Assembly (NCBI GenBank): GCA_964016885.1
Contig: OZ024745.1
Coordinates: 48,174,001-48,238,000 of the forward strand
DNA: 64,000 nucleotides
Origin: Eledone cirrhosa
Lineage: Eukaryota
Reading direction: 5' to 3'
Part shown: in pieces, positions 40,001 through 53,000 of the stretch
How positions within the stretch are numbered: position 1 is the first letter of the stretch
Layout of the letters: the number at the start of each line of letters is the position of its first letter
Notes under the pieces: model-generated
Database searches by the model: none
Told to the model about the DNA's origin: nothing
Seen by the model: only the letters and a program-made list of their open reading frames with translations
Made by a program: the position numbers and the translations under genes

Positions 40001-43000
40001 ATACATATGCCACTACTATCACATCCATCACACACAACAAACACACACCACTATATACATACACAACAAACATACACAATACACAAACACTTATATATGT
40101 ACATGTCATTAACATACACTACAGACAAACACACACATCACTATATACATACAGACAACTACACACAAACACACACACACCACAACACACATACAGATAC
40201 ACACACAAATACACACACACCACAATACACATACAGACAACTACACAGAAACACGCACCACAATACACATACAGACAACTACACAGAAACACGCACCACA
40301 ATACACATACGGATGACTACACACAAATACACACACACCACAATACACATACGGACAACTACACACAAACACACACCACAATACACATACATGCTATTAC
40401 TATACACATACATGCTACCACTATCACATACACTACACACAAACACAGAACACTATACACATACATGCTACCACTTTCACAAACACAGAACACTATACAC
40501 ATACATGCTACCACTTTCACAAACACAGAACACTATACACATACATGCTACCACTTTCACAAACACAGAACACTATACACATACATGCTACCACTTTCAC
40601 AAACACAGAACACTATACACATACATGCTACCACTTTCACAAACACAGAACACTATACACATACATGCTACCACTTTCACAAACACAGAACACTATACAC
40701 ATACATGCTACCACTTTCACAAACACAGAACACTATACACATACATGCTACCACTTTCACAAACACAGAACACTATACACATACATGCTACCACTTTCAC
40801 AAACACAGAACACTATACACATACATGCTACCACTTTCACAAACACAGAACACTATACACATACATGCTACCACTTTCACAAACACAGAACACTATACAC
40901 ATACATGCTACCACTTTCACAAACACAGAACACTATACACATACATGCTACCACTTTCACAAACACAGAACACTATACACATACATGCTACCACTTTCAC
41001 AAACACAGAACACTATACACATACATGCTACCACTTTCACAAACACAGAACACTATACACATACATGCTACTGCTGCTTGCCATACCAGAAATAGCAGCT
41101 ACATTCCCCCACATTACATACTGCCATTTAAAATAAAAGTTGGAGGTAACATCCATCATTGTTGTTAGGGGTTTGGGTGTGTGGGGGTGGATGTTGGGGA
41201 AGATGGCGATGACGATGAGGAGGAAAAAGTGGTAATCCAGATGACAACAACAACAACAGTGATAATTTTTACATTATTCTATCTACTATACATTCACCTT
41301 TAATGAGTTGTAGTGTACCTGAGCACTGTACACAATAATTTTCATTATCATACCAGTCACGCACTGGGGTCAATTTAATCGACTTTCCCCTTTCCAAAAT
41401 TGCTGGCCTTGTACCTATATAAGAAACCATGCGATGCTGCATGGTAGTGAGACATGGGTAGCAACTTCAGAGGATATGCGCCGGCTGGAGAGAAATGAAG
41501 CAAGTATGCTCCGTTGGATGTGCAATGTCAATGTGCGTGAACGACCAAGCATAGATGAGTTGAGAGAGAAACTGGGTATAAGAAGGATAAGTTGTGGCAT
41601 GCAGGAGAGAAGGCTGCGATGGTATGGTCATGTGATGCGCATGGAGGATGACCGCTGGGTAAAAAAGTGCCAAGTAATCCCAGTAGAAGGAAGACGTAGT
41701 AGAGGAAGACCACGAAAAACATGGGCGGAGGTGGTGAGAGCAGACCTCAGATCACTGAAGCTCATGGAGGAGATGACGAAGGACCGTGACAAGTGGAGAG
41801 ATGCTGTGCTGAATAGGACCCATCCCACCCTTGCAAGCAGGGAAAAGCGAACGTAAAATGATGATGATTATTTTCTTATTTCAATTATGCTTCTCTATTG
41901 CTTCTCTTCTCTTTAATAAATTTACACAATTTTATCAGAATATTTCTGACAATATCAAATGTTGAAAATAATTACAACTATTCCTTCTGTATATTATTTT
42001 TAATGTAGGTAAAAAATATTGGCAAGCTGAATATGATGGAACAGATTCTTCTTTTTCGGTATTAACAACAGCTTATTCTCTGCTAAGTAGAAACCAACAT
42101 GATAATATAACAGAGTCAGAACCAATCTTCAAATGGTTGATGTTACAAACTAACAAAAATAGAATTTTCAGTTCTACTAAGGTAAGCTACTTAATGACAA
42201 GTCAAATAAGTAAATTTTGATTTGCTTTAGATAGATAGATACAAGATACACTCTATCCCTGTGTATAGTAAGAAGCAACTGTCAGAAAGGACATCCAGCT
42301 GTACAGTGCTCAGGTGCACTACAGCTATATAACATTGCCTTAAAAGCAAGCATAAAAAAGTTGACATAAAAACGATGACAATGATGATTGATATATATAT
42401 ATATAAAATACCATGTGAACATGTTACCATTACACTAAGGAGTGACTGACACTTCTTCCCATCTTTTTAGGATGCTATATTATACAGCTTGTAGTTAGAG
42501 CACAGCTGAATGCCAACATACCTTGTAAATTATTAAAGCACTGAGAGTATTTGAAATTTGAAAATATGAGAATCCCAAATGCAGAAAATAACTGTAAAAA
42601 CAATGGATCACTATAGATAATAGTTGAGAAAAAAGTGGACAGAAGCATTTCTGTCCACACACAAAGTGTATATATAAATATTATTGTCTAGTTTGGGTTG
42701 TGCGGATAGTACCCGTGATCTTTTTTAGGGTCTCTGAAAAAGGTGGGGTGGAGGAAAGTATCCTTAACCCTTTTTGGCAGGTTGGTATTAAAAGAATTAA
42801 ACTGGAGACCTGGTCAAGTTGTTTATAACAAAGTAGACTCTGCTCCTGGTACCCAGGGGCCAAGTAGTGGTGTTAAACTGGGTGATGGATAAGTCCCATA
42901 GCAGAATTTGACCTTCAGAATGCAAAGAGCCATAACAAATACTACAAGGCATCTCACTTGGTGATCCAGCCAGATCAATTGAAGATGTTGGATTCTGACA

Positions 43001-43909
43001 AGACTTGCTGGAAGATGTGTTGGAGGACTTGGCTTTCGCGACCCTCCCAAGAATAAGTGGGCAAAGAAGAGGAAGACTGGTACCTTATTTTATCCCCAAC
43101 CCATTTGCAAAAGGATGAAAGGCAAAGTTGACCTCAACAAGATTTGAATGTAAAGGGCTGTAATTAAATACAGCAAAGCATTTTGTCTGATACTGTAACA
43201 AGTCTGCAAATTCACTGCCTATAATAATAATTATAATAATAATGAAAATAATGGTTTCTTATATAGGCACAAGGCCAGTAATATGAGGGGAGGGTGAGGG
43301 GAAAGTCGATTAAATCGACCCCAGTGCATGACTGGTACTTTATTTTATCGACCCCCATAAGGATGAAAGGCAAAGTTAACCTCGGCGGGATTTGAACTCA
43401 GATCATAAAGGGCCGTAACTCTATGCTGCAAAGCATGGCATCCGACCCTCTACTGATACTGCCAACCCACTGCCCTATAATAATAATGAAAATCTTCCGC
43501 CCTATAATAATAATGAAAATAATAATTATATTTATTCTTATTACCTAATTTTTGTTTTCCAGAATACTGTGATTTCACTACAAGCTTTGGCAGATTACAG
43601 TATCAAGAGTAATATTCCATATCAAGACTTCAAGTTGGACATCATTGATGATTTAGACCAAAATGAACAAGAAATCAGCAATTTCCTAATTAATCGGAGT
43701 GCTATCTTTGAAAAACCAGCAATTTCAGATGTAAGAATTGATAAATTTTATTTTGTATTCACCAATACTAAGTTAACCCCAATGCTAACACATCTCTCTC
43801 TCTCCCCCCTCTCTCTCTATCTATCTCTCTCTCCCCCTCTCTCTCTATCTCTCCCTCTCTCTCCCTCTCTCTCCCTCTCTCTCCCTCTCTCTCCCTCTCT
43901 CTCCCTCTG

Positions 43910-43940
<31 letters not shown>

Positions 43941-46833
43941 ATATTAAATAAATGGAAACTATATTTATAAAACCATATTTATTCTATTATATATATTTCA
44001 AGGGTACCAAATTTTGGTACTCTATCATCAGATAAAATACGAAGTGTGTTTTATAAATTTTGACATAACCAAGGAGAATATACCTTAATGGTTCAAGTTA
44101 TCCCTGGATAGTGTGTGTGTAAGTTCAGGAAAGGTTTACTTGAGACATATGAGAAGGAAGACGAGATAGACACATATGACATAGAGGACAATTGGAAGTT
44201 TCACAGCCTACTGAAAAGACTTGTGGCTGGAGCTAAGTACCAAAGTACCAGCCAGACAGAGAGTGACCTGGTGGGAAATAGAATAGCAGATAGAACCATT
44301 AAAGTCAAGAGACAGGCATAAAAGGCTGGAAAAATTGGGACAGCAAAGACCGATACCTGGTAGCTAAAAGAGAGGTTAGGCAACAGATATACATAGCACA
44401 AGAAGAGGCTGTCTTGTGATGTGAAGATCAGAGGCGTGAAGTGTTCCACATTGCAAGGCAGTATGTCAATGTGAATTAGAATATTGTTGGGGGAAAAGTG
44501 TGTTTGAAATGACACTGGTGCACTTAGTATCACTGATGCTCAAAAGAAAGGCTGGAAATGCTACTATAAGAGGTTAACGAATGTGGAAGATGAATGGGAG
44601 GAAGGAGACTCCTAACTTACCCGACAGTTATAGGGTCAAAGAAGCAATCAAAGAGATGAAAAATGGTAAAGCCATAGGTTTGCCTGAGATAGTCACTGAG
44701 ATGCTGAAAGCGCATCTGGAGAAGTAGGAGTTGAACTAGTCAATCAGATAATACAGGACAGAGCCATACCCAATGACAGGTGAAACAGTATAATCATTAA
44801 TTGCTACAAGGGAAAAGGTGATGCCCAAGAAAGAAGCAACGACAGGGGAATAAAAGTTATGAAAGTGACAGACTTCTAGCACAGCTAATTAGGGAAAGAG
44901 TCAAATTAGATGAGATTTAATTTGGTTTCATACTAGGAAGCATAACACCAGAGATCTTGTTCCTGTGTCATTGCCTAGAGAGGTGCAATTGGGAAAGGTC
45001 GGCTTTTATCACTTCATCCCAAGTCTCCCTGTAATTCATTTATTTAAATAGCTCAAGTCACCTTTAGAACATATTACATTAATCACTTTAATACAAATTC
45101 AACTTTGATATTTTCTTTCTTTGCATTACTGAATAGTGTTATCAACCCATCCAAAACTGACTTGTTTCTATGAAACAACCATCACCTAATTTTAAAGTGC
45201 TCCTATTTAAATTAAATTCTTTTAATATAATTTGATATAAGAACCTTCTGTTAAGTTATTTTATAGTGGATTGGCAGTATCGGTAGAAGGTCGGACGCCA
45301 TGCTTTGCAGCATAGTTACGGCCCTTTACAGTCTGAGTTCATTTCCTGCCGAGGTCAACTTTGCCTTTCATCCTTACCAGGTCGATAAAATAAAGTATCA
45401 GTAATGCACTGGGTAATTGCTGGCCTTGTGCCAAATGTAGAAACAATTATTTTAGTATTGAAATAATTAATAATTCCAGTAAATCTCTACTTATTCTTCA
45501 TTAATTGATTAAAATATCGCCATGAAAGAGTTTACTAGTTATCACAGTTACAAAATAAATCCTACCTTAAAGGCAGTCGATTTGTAGAATTGGTAGAGTG
45601 CCAGACAAAATAACTTGTACAATTAGGTTACAAACCTCTGAGTATCTTCTGGGCTCAAAGCCTGCTAGGTTTGACTTTACCTTACATTGTTCTGTGGGAT
45701 GATAAAATATGTACCAGTCACATTTACAGGTCCATTTATTTCACCACACACCTCACTTAAGATGTGTGGTCTCATGTTAAAAGCAATTATTAATAACTAT
45801 TTCTAATTTTAAAATAATGATTGTTACTTAAGGCACAAAGCCAGAAATTTAAGGGAAGAAAGGGATAAGTCAATTAAATCAACCCAGTATTTGACTGGTA
45901 CTTGATTTTATTGACTGTGGAAGAATAAAAGCAAAGTTCAACTCTGCAGGATTTGAACTCAGAATGTAATAAGCTGAAATAAATACTGCTAAGCACTTAT
46001 CTGATGCTCTAACAACTCTGCCAATTTACAGCCCTAGCCATTATTATTAATATCTTGGCACAAGGGCGGTGGATTGGCAGTATCGGTAGAGGGTCGGACG
46101 CCATGCTTTTCAGCATAGTTACGTCCCTTTACGATCTGAGTTCAAATCCCACCGAGGTTGACTTTGCCTTTCATCCTTACGGGGTCGATAAAATAAAGTA
46201 CCAGTAATGTACTGGGTAATTGCTGGCCTTGTGCCAAAAGTAGAAACAATTATTAATATCTTGAATGATTGTTTGATATCCCAAAATAATATTTTGTAAA
46301 TTATTATGGAATTGAAATATTTTTCAGCTTCCTGAAGAAGACCAAAACACCATCACTTCCCTAGGACTTGGCTCTGAAGTTCCATTTGCTAAAAATATGT
46401 TAGGAGAGAAGAAATGCTATTTTGAAATTAACAGTAAAGTAATTTTCATCGAGGGTAAGAAAAAGGTGTAAGTAATAATTTTGGACATTTTCATCATTTC
46501 ATTTCATTTCATTTCACGTCCGCTTTTTCTCTGCTTGCAAGGGTGGGACGGGAACTGATTCTGGCTTGATTTCTACAGCTGGATGCCCTTCCTAACACCA
46601 ACCTCATTTACAGTGAGTGCTGAGTGCTTTTTTGCCGTGGCACCTACACGACCACTTTGCAGTGGAATGATTTGGACCCCAGCCCCTATCATCTCATTTC
46701 TACAGCTGAGTAAACTGGAGCAATGTGAAAAATAAAGTGTCTTGCTCAAGGAAACAACACATCACCCGGTCTGAGGATTGAACTCACAACCTTTCGATTG
46801 CAAGGCCAATGCTCTAACCACTAAGCCATGTGC

Positions 46834-46865
<32 letters not shown>

Positions 46866-46980
46866 GTATATATATGTATGTATATATATGTATATGTATA
46901 TATATGTATATGTATGTATATATATGTATATATATGTATATATATATATATAAATAATTAGAAGATAACTTCATGAATGT

Positions 46981-47059
<79 letters not shown>

Positions 47060-50000
47060 CATGTGTTATGATTAAAATATTTTAAATAACTATTTACTTA
47101 AGCAATATGACAAAATAAACATACAAAAATAATTAATCAGTATTGACAAAATAAATATATAAATATGTATATACATATATACATATGCATGTATATATAT
47201 ATACATATGCATGTATATATACATATGTATGTATATATATATATACAATCATACACACGCATATATGTATAATATGCTATTTCTACTACACCTATGGACC
47301 ACCATGAGGTTCCCCATATTTAGCTGCTGTTTCTAACACACCTATGGATACTATGAGGTTTCCCTCAATTTAGCAGCTGTTTCTAGCACACATATGGAGC
47401 ACCATGAAGTTTCCCTTACTTAGCAGCTATTTCTAGCACACAAATGGACCACCATGAGGATCCCACTTTTTAGCTGCTATTTTTAGCACACCTCTCCACC
47501 ATGACTTCCCCCAGTTTAGCTGATGTAGCTGCTACTTCTAGTACACCTATGAATCACCATGAGGGTCCCTATATTTAGCTGCTATTTCTAGCACACATGA
47601 ACCTCCATGAGGTTATCCCTATTTAGCTGCTATTTCCAGCACACTTATGGACATCATGAGGTTCCTCCTATTTAGCTGCTGTTTCTAGTACACCTATGGA
47701 ACACCATGAAGTTCCCCCTATTTAGCAGCTATTTCTAGTACACATATGGACCACTATGAAGTTTCTCCTATTTAGCTGCTATGTCTAGCACATGTATGCC
47801 CCACCATGAGGTTCCCCTATTTAGCTTCTATTTCTAGTACATTTATGGAGCACCACGAGCTTACCCCTATTTAACTGCTATTTCTAGCACACACATGGAC
47901 CACCATGTAGTTCCCTATTTAGCTGATATTTCTAGCACACGTATGGACCACCATGAGGTTTCCCCTATGTAGCTTCTATTTCAAGCAAACCTAGGGACCA
48001 CCATGAGGTTCCCCCGTATATATATATACTAGCAGAAGTACCCGGCGTTGCCCGGGTGTAAGTCGACCTTTGGTCTGTTAGAATGTGTGAAAGTTACTTC
48101 CCGCGCATCACAGGTTCAAAACTTCGAACTTCAATGGAAAAAAATAGGTTAGTAGACACAGGTGTGTAATTTATTAATTGTAGTTACACAGTGTATCGTT
48201 GAAATTGTTCTCTGCACGACTGACGGAAGTCAAAATCGCTTGATATTGAATGTTCAGTTAATTTAAAGCAGGGTGAAAATGTCGATTACTTTCAGGGTTT
48301 TTTTTTTTTTTTACAATTTTTGCGCTCACATGTGCAGAAGAAGAATTAAGAGGGCCTTTATCTTAACCGCGGCATAATGGCGAGTCTTTTGTGACAGTTT
48401 TCAAGAATATAGGACGTTCCTGTAAAAAGTTTTCCCATGTGTAACTTTGCCTTGTTTTTTTGCGCAAAGTCGAGCCCCGCTTCAGTTTTATTGATTTTTT
48501 TTACATCAATGCGTGATCTCTGAAGTAGATTTGAGTAGCTAAAAACCTGTCCCGGTAAATTTGCTATAGATGAAAAAAAGTTGATCAAAATTGTATCTAG
48601 GGTTATTGCCCTTTGCCACAGCCTCAAGCCTCGTCTGACGGGATGTTGGTGATTCCTCCGTCAGCGCTTGTTGGCGACGAAGGTTAACATCAGCAAGCCT
48701 TGTCGTACGTGATGTTGGTGACTCAACCAGCCGGGAAAGACGTCTATCAGCGAGTCGAGATTCGCGCTCAGCAGGTGTTTCCTAGAGAAAATTAATTAAT
48801 TCTACTGGTTAGCTAAGCCAATGGCAGTGTCAATAGTAAATGAGAAAAGTCTAACATGAACAAAAGGGAATCAAGGTAAGACAATAAATTTAATATAACT
48901 ACGATTAGAATGTTGTAGTTGCTTAAAAGTGGTGACAGTTAGGATAAACGCAGTACTTGCTAACTATGGTGCGACCACACTTGGAATTTGCATCATCAGT
49001 CTGGAACCCCTATCTTGCTCGGAACATTGACCTCCTGGAAACTGTTCAGAGACGTGCAACCAAGCGCATACCCTCCATCAGACACCTACCATACTCTGAA
49101 CGCCTTGCTTCCCTGGGCATGGATTCATTGAAGCTCCGACGTCTGGCAATGGACTTGGTGAATACCCACAAAGTTTTTAACCATCTCGCCAACTGCAACC
49201 CTGAGCGCCTCTTTGATCTCCATGTGTCTAACACACGTGGACATGCCTACAAGATAAGAAAACAGCACAGCTCCCATGACTTTCGCAGACATTTTTTCAC
49301 GCTCAGAGTTGCTGAAGCATGGAACAAACTGCCTGCGTCAATTGTTAGCTGCCGAGACACTGCATCCTTTAAGACACTCATGCTTCCCAAAATACGCCAA
49401 AACTACACCTGATGTACCCCTTCCATACACATGCACACATGTGTGTATCATGACTCGTGCACTGTTCATTTTGCTGATGTTTGTGCATTGCCCTATGTAC
49501 TGTACATGCACTTTTTTGATGAGTTGTGGTGCACCTGGGCACTGTGCACAACATTTCGTTATTGTTATTATATCATGACTCATACACTGTTTATTTTCCT
49601 GACATTTGTACATTATTCTATGTACTATACATGCACCTTTGATGAGTTGTAGTGCACCTGAGCACTGTACACAATAATTTCATTATTATTATTATTAAGG
49701 GAGAATATTGCATAAAGGATTAATCAATTGTGAATGAACTCATACCTGAGAACGCCTAATTCGTTGTCTCAAAGCAATAGCTGTACCTTTTTTGGAGGTA
49801 AGTCTTGAACGTTTCCGTGTGGGCATAACGACGTGCAACAAAGCTGTTAGGTTAGAGAGAGGTGATTAAATACAGAGAGAGATGACACCAGATTCGTTAG
49901 CATGGTTACTGGTGAATGGGAAGGTTTGGAAATATGATTACAATAACTTACCGAATTTTCCCGTCTATAAATTGCACTTAAAATAATTAAATTTAATCAA

Positions 50001-53000
50001 AAAACAGCTCTGCGCTTTATACTCCGGTGAGCCTTATGTATAAATAATACAATGGTAATCAATCACGGCTCTAACAGAAGTAATAGATCTAGACTAAAAG
50101 TAAAGAAGATAGCATTTTCTGGTTGGCCTTACACGCCGTTGCGCGGACATGATTTTAAATGATACGCCTTATATCCTGGTGAGCCTTATAGAGCGGAAAA
50201 ATATCTATTGGAAAAGAATACGAATTCATGACCAAGGTGTGACAAAATAGGCCTGAAACAAACTTGTCCAAAACCCTAGGATTTTTCTCGTTAAGTATCC
50301 ACCCAAAAGGAACCGTTTTTTAGTTACAAAAAATAACCAAAGTGTATAGTAGCTATATTTCTGACATATCATGCCAAAAAGAACAATATATTCAAAAAAT
50401 GTTCTAAAGTACATTCAATCTCTCTTTTTGACTGATATCTTAATAAGCAAGTTATCGATTTTTTTTATTGGCTGTCAGTGTCTATCTGCATGCAGGTGTG
50501 CACGTGTGCGTAATTAATTGCAAATACGCTCATAACATTTAGTCGTAAGCAGAACAAAAAATGCCATTAGAGGTGGGCTAATAATGAAGACACAAACCCT
50601 GGTGAACTTACGTTTAAACACCCGAAAAGTTACTCACTTCCTGTGCAAAAGACTGTATTATAAATTAAGTAATTTTTTAGAATCTTTTGTTTAAAAAAGG
50701 AAAACATTGGTACGATGTAAACTTTTTTACTTGTATTGTATGTGTACAACACAAGTTGGTCAACGTATTATTTAGTAATTTTTTTTTCAAAAAGCATGAT
50801 TATTTAAGACTGTTTGAAAATTTACTCACAGCTTTTAGGTTCACAAAAAACACCATTAAATTTGGTTCCCTTTTCAGATAGGGATAATACTGTATTTCCA
50901 CTTGAATAAGGTGGAATATGAAAAGAAACTCTTTAATGGTCGGTCGTTTACTGAGACAGCTGGGAAGACATGCAGCTGGCCGTCCAATCAATAACGCACG
51001 TCCTTATATGGGCATATGAAATTTATTTTTATTGCGCCAGATGTAAACTAAGAGTTCTTGTGTTCAAATTCACATAAAATTTCATTGGAATCGAAAAACA
51101 TTCTGTCATAGGGCCCGATTATCGATTTTTCGAAAATTTCAAGTAGCCTATTCCACTCTACGCGTTGAGTTTTATATATGTGTGAGGTTTCATGAAAATT
51201 GGATGAACGGTGTAGCAGGCAAGTTCGGTACACTAAACAATGTCCATCTTCCCTTTATATATATAGATATACATATATGTGTGTGTGTGTTAGGTAATTC
51301 CGAAGGAAAAGCAAATAATTAAATATATATATATATATATATATAGAAGTGGTTACACAACAGTTAGTTCACCATACTGAGAACAATTGTTTCACCTTAG
51401 CCGATCCTCAGCTCGTAATGGACATGGTTATACGTAACAGGAAGGACAACCGCATATATATATATATCCAAAATTAAATTAAGGGTGTCATGTTCGAGAG
51501 ACATGCGCCATATCCACTTTAGAAATTATTCCCTGTGATTGTTTCATATGTTTATTTTAGATATATATATATATGTCAATCAATTTCTAGTTTATATATA
51601 TAAATGTAATCTGAGTTTTTTGAATATTAATAATAATATTCGATTTGTTTGCAATTATGCAAACAAGCCTCATTTTTAAAGCCATGTCAGTAGAATGAGC
51701 CTCTCATTCTTGCTCTTGTGTTGGCATATATATATATATATATGTGATGCGCATGGAGGATGACTGATGGGTGAAGAAGTGCCAGGAATTGCCAGTTGAA
51801 GGAAGACGTGGTAGAGGTAGACCACGAAAAACATGGGCGGAGGTGGTGAGAACAGACCTCAGATCATTGAAGCTCACGGTGGAGATGACGAAGGACCGTG
51901 ACGAGTGGAGAGATGCTGTGCTGAATAAGACCCGTCCAACCCTTGCAAGCAGGGAAAAGCGGACGTAAAATGATGATGATGATGATATATTCATGTATTA
52001 ATACTTTCATTATTTTTTCATTAAAGGCTATGTGATTATTCTCCTGCCATGAATCCTAATAACAAAACTACTGTTTACTGTGTAACAATAACTGTCAGGT
52101 TGGTAATTTTGATGTATACTTAGTTTCTAATGTTGCCCCAATTCTCACTATCATCCCTTTCATCCTCATCATCATTTTAATGTCCCTCCCTCCTTACTGG
52201 TATAGCAGTTTTTAAAGGCTGGGTGGCCTTTCTGGCACCATCCTTTCTAGTCATCTCTTACAACATGTAGGCATATAGTGTGCTTATTCTTTAAACCAGC
52301 ACACATATGCCATCATTATCATCATTGTTTTTACCATTTTCAACGCTAGCATAGATTGGATGGAGTGTTTTAAGAGACAGTGTTTTACAACTACATGTCC
52401 TTCCTGATGTCAACCCTTAACCCTTTAGCATTTACATTATTCTATATTTCCTATACGATCTGAGTTGAAATCCCGCCGAGGTTGACTTTGCCTTTCATCC
52501 TTACGGGGTCGATAAAATAAAGTACCAGTAATGCTCTGGGTAATTGCTGGCCTTGTGCCTAAAGTAGAAACAATTATTCTATATTTCCTATTATATTTTC
52601 ACAACCTCACATAATATCCCACATAATATTGACACTGAGATTTTCATATTATTTATTTTGAGAACAATACATTAATGAGTGGCTGGTTACAACCGGTTTG
52701 AACAGAAAGAGGTGAGAGAATTCTGGTTGGATATGGCTTTTTTAAATGCTAAAGAATTAAGGCATTCAAGGATATGGTATATCTATTCTAAAAACTGGGG
52801 TACACATGGCAAGGATATACACAGTTATATTTACAGTTAAAACAGTAACATGCTGATATCAATTCAGTGGAATATACTTCTCTTCAATAGAAATTTGTTT
52901 GATATCCAACCAAAAGAACTTGATATTATTATTTTTTTAATATTCATCAGATTCCTTTTCAAATCAACTTCATCAAATTAAATTTATGTAGTTTATGAGT

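Noticed and set aside
40007-41168. Long His/Thr-rich ORFs (362, 223 and 207 aa)
   Set aside because: Products of a stop-free 40-bp tandem repeat that is open in all three frames.
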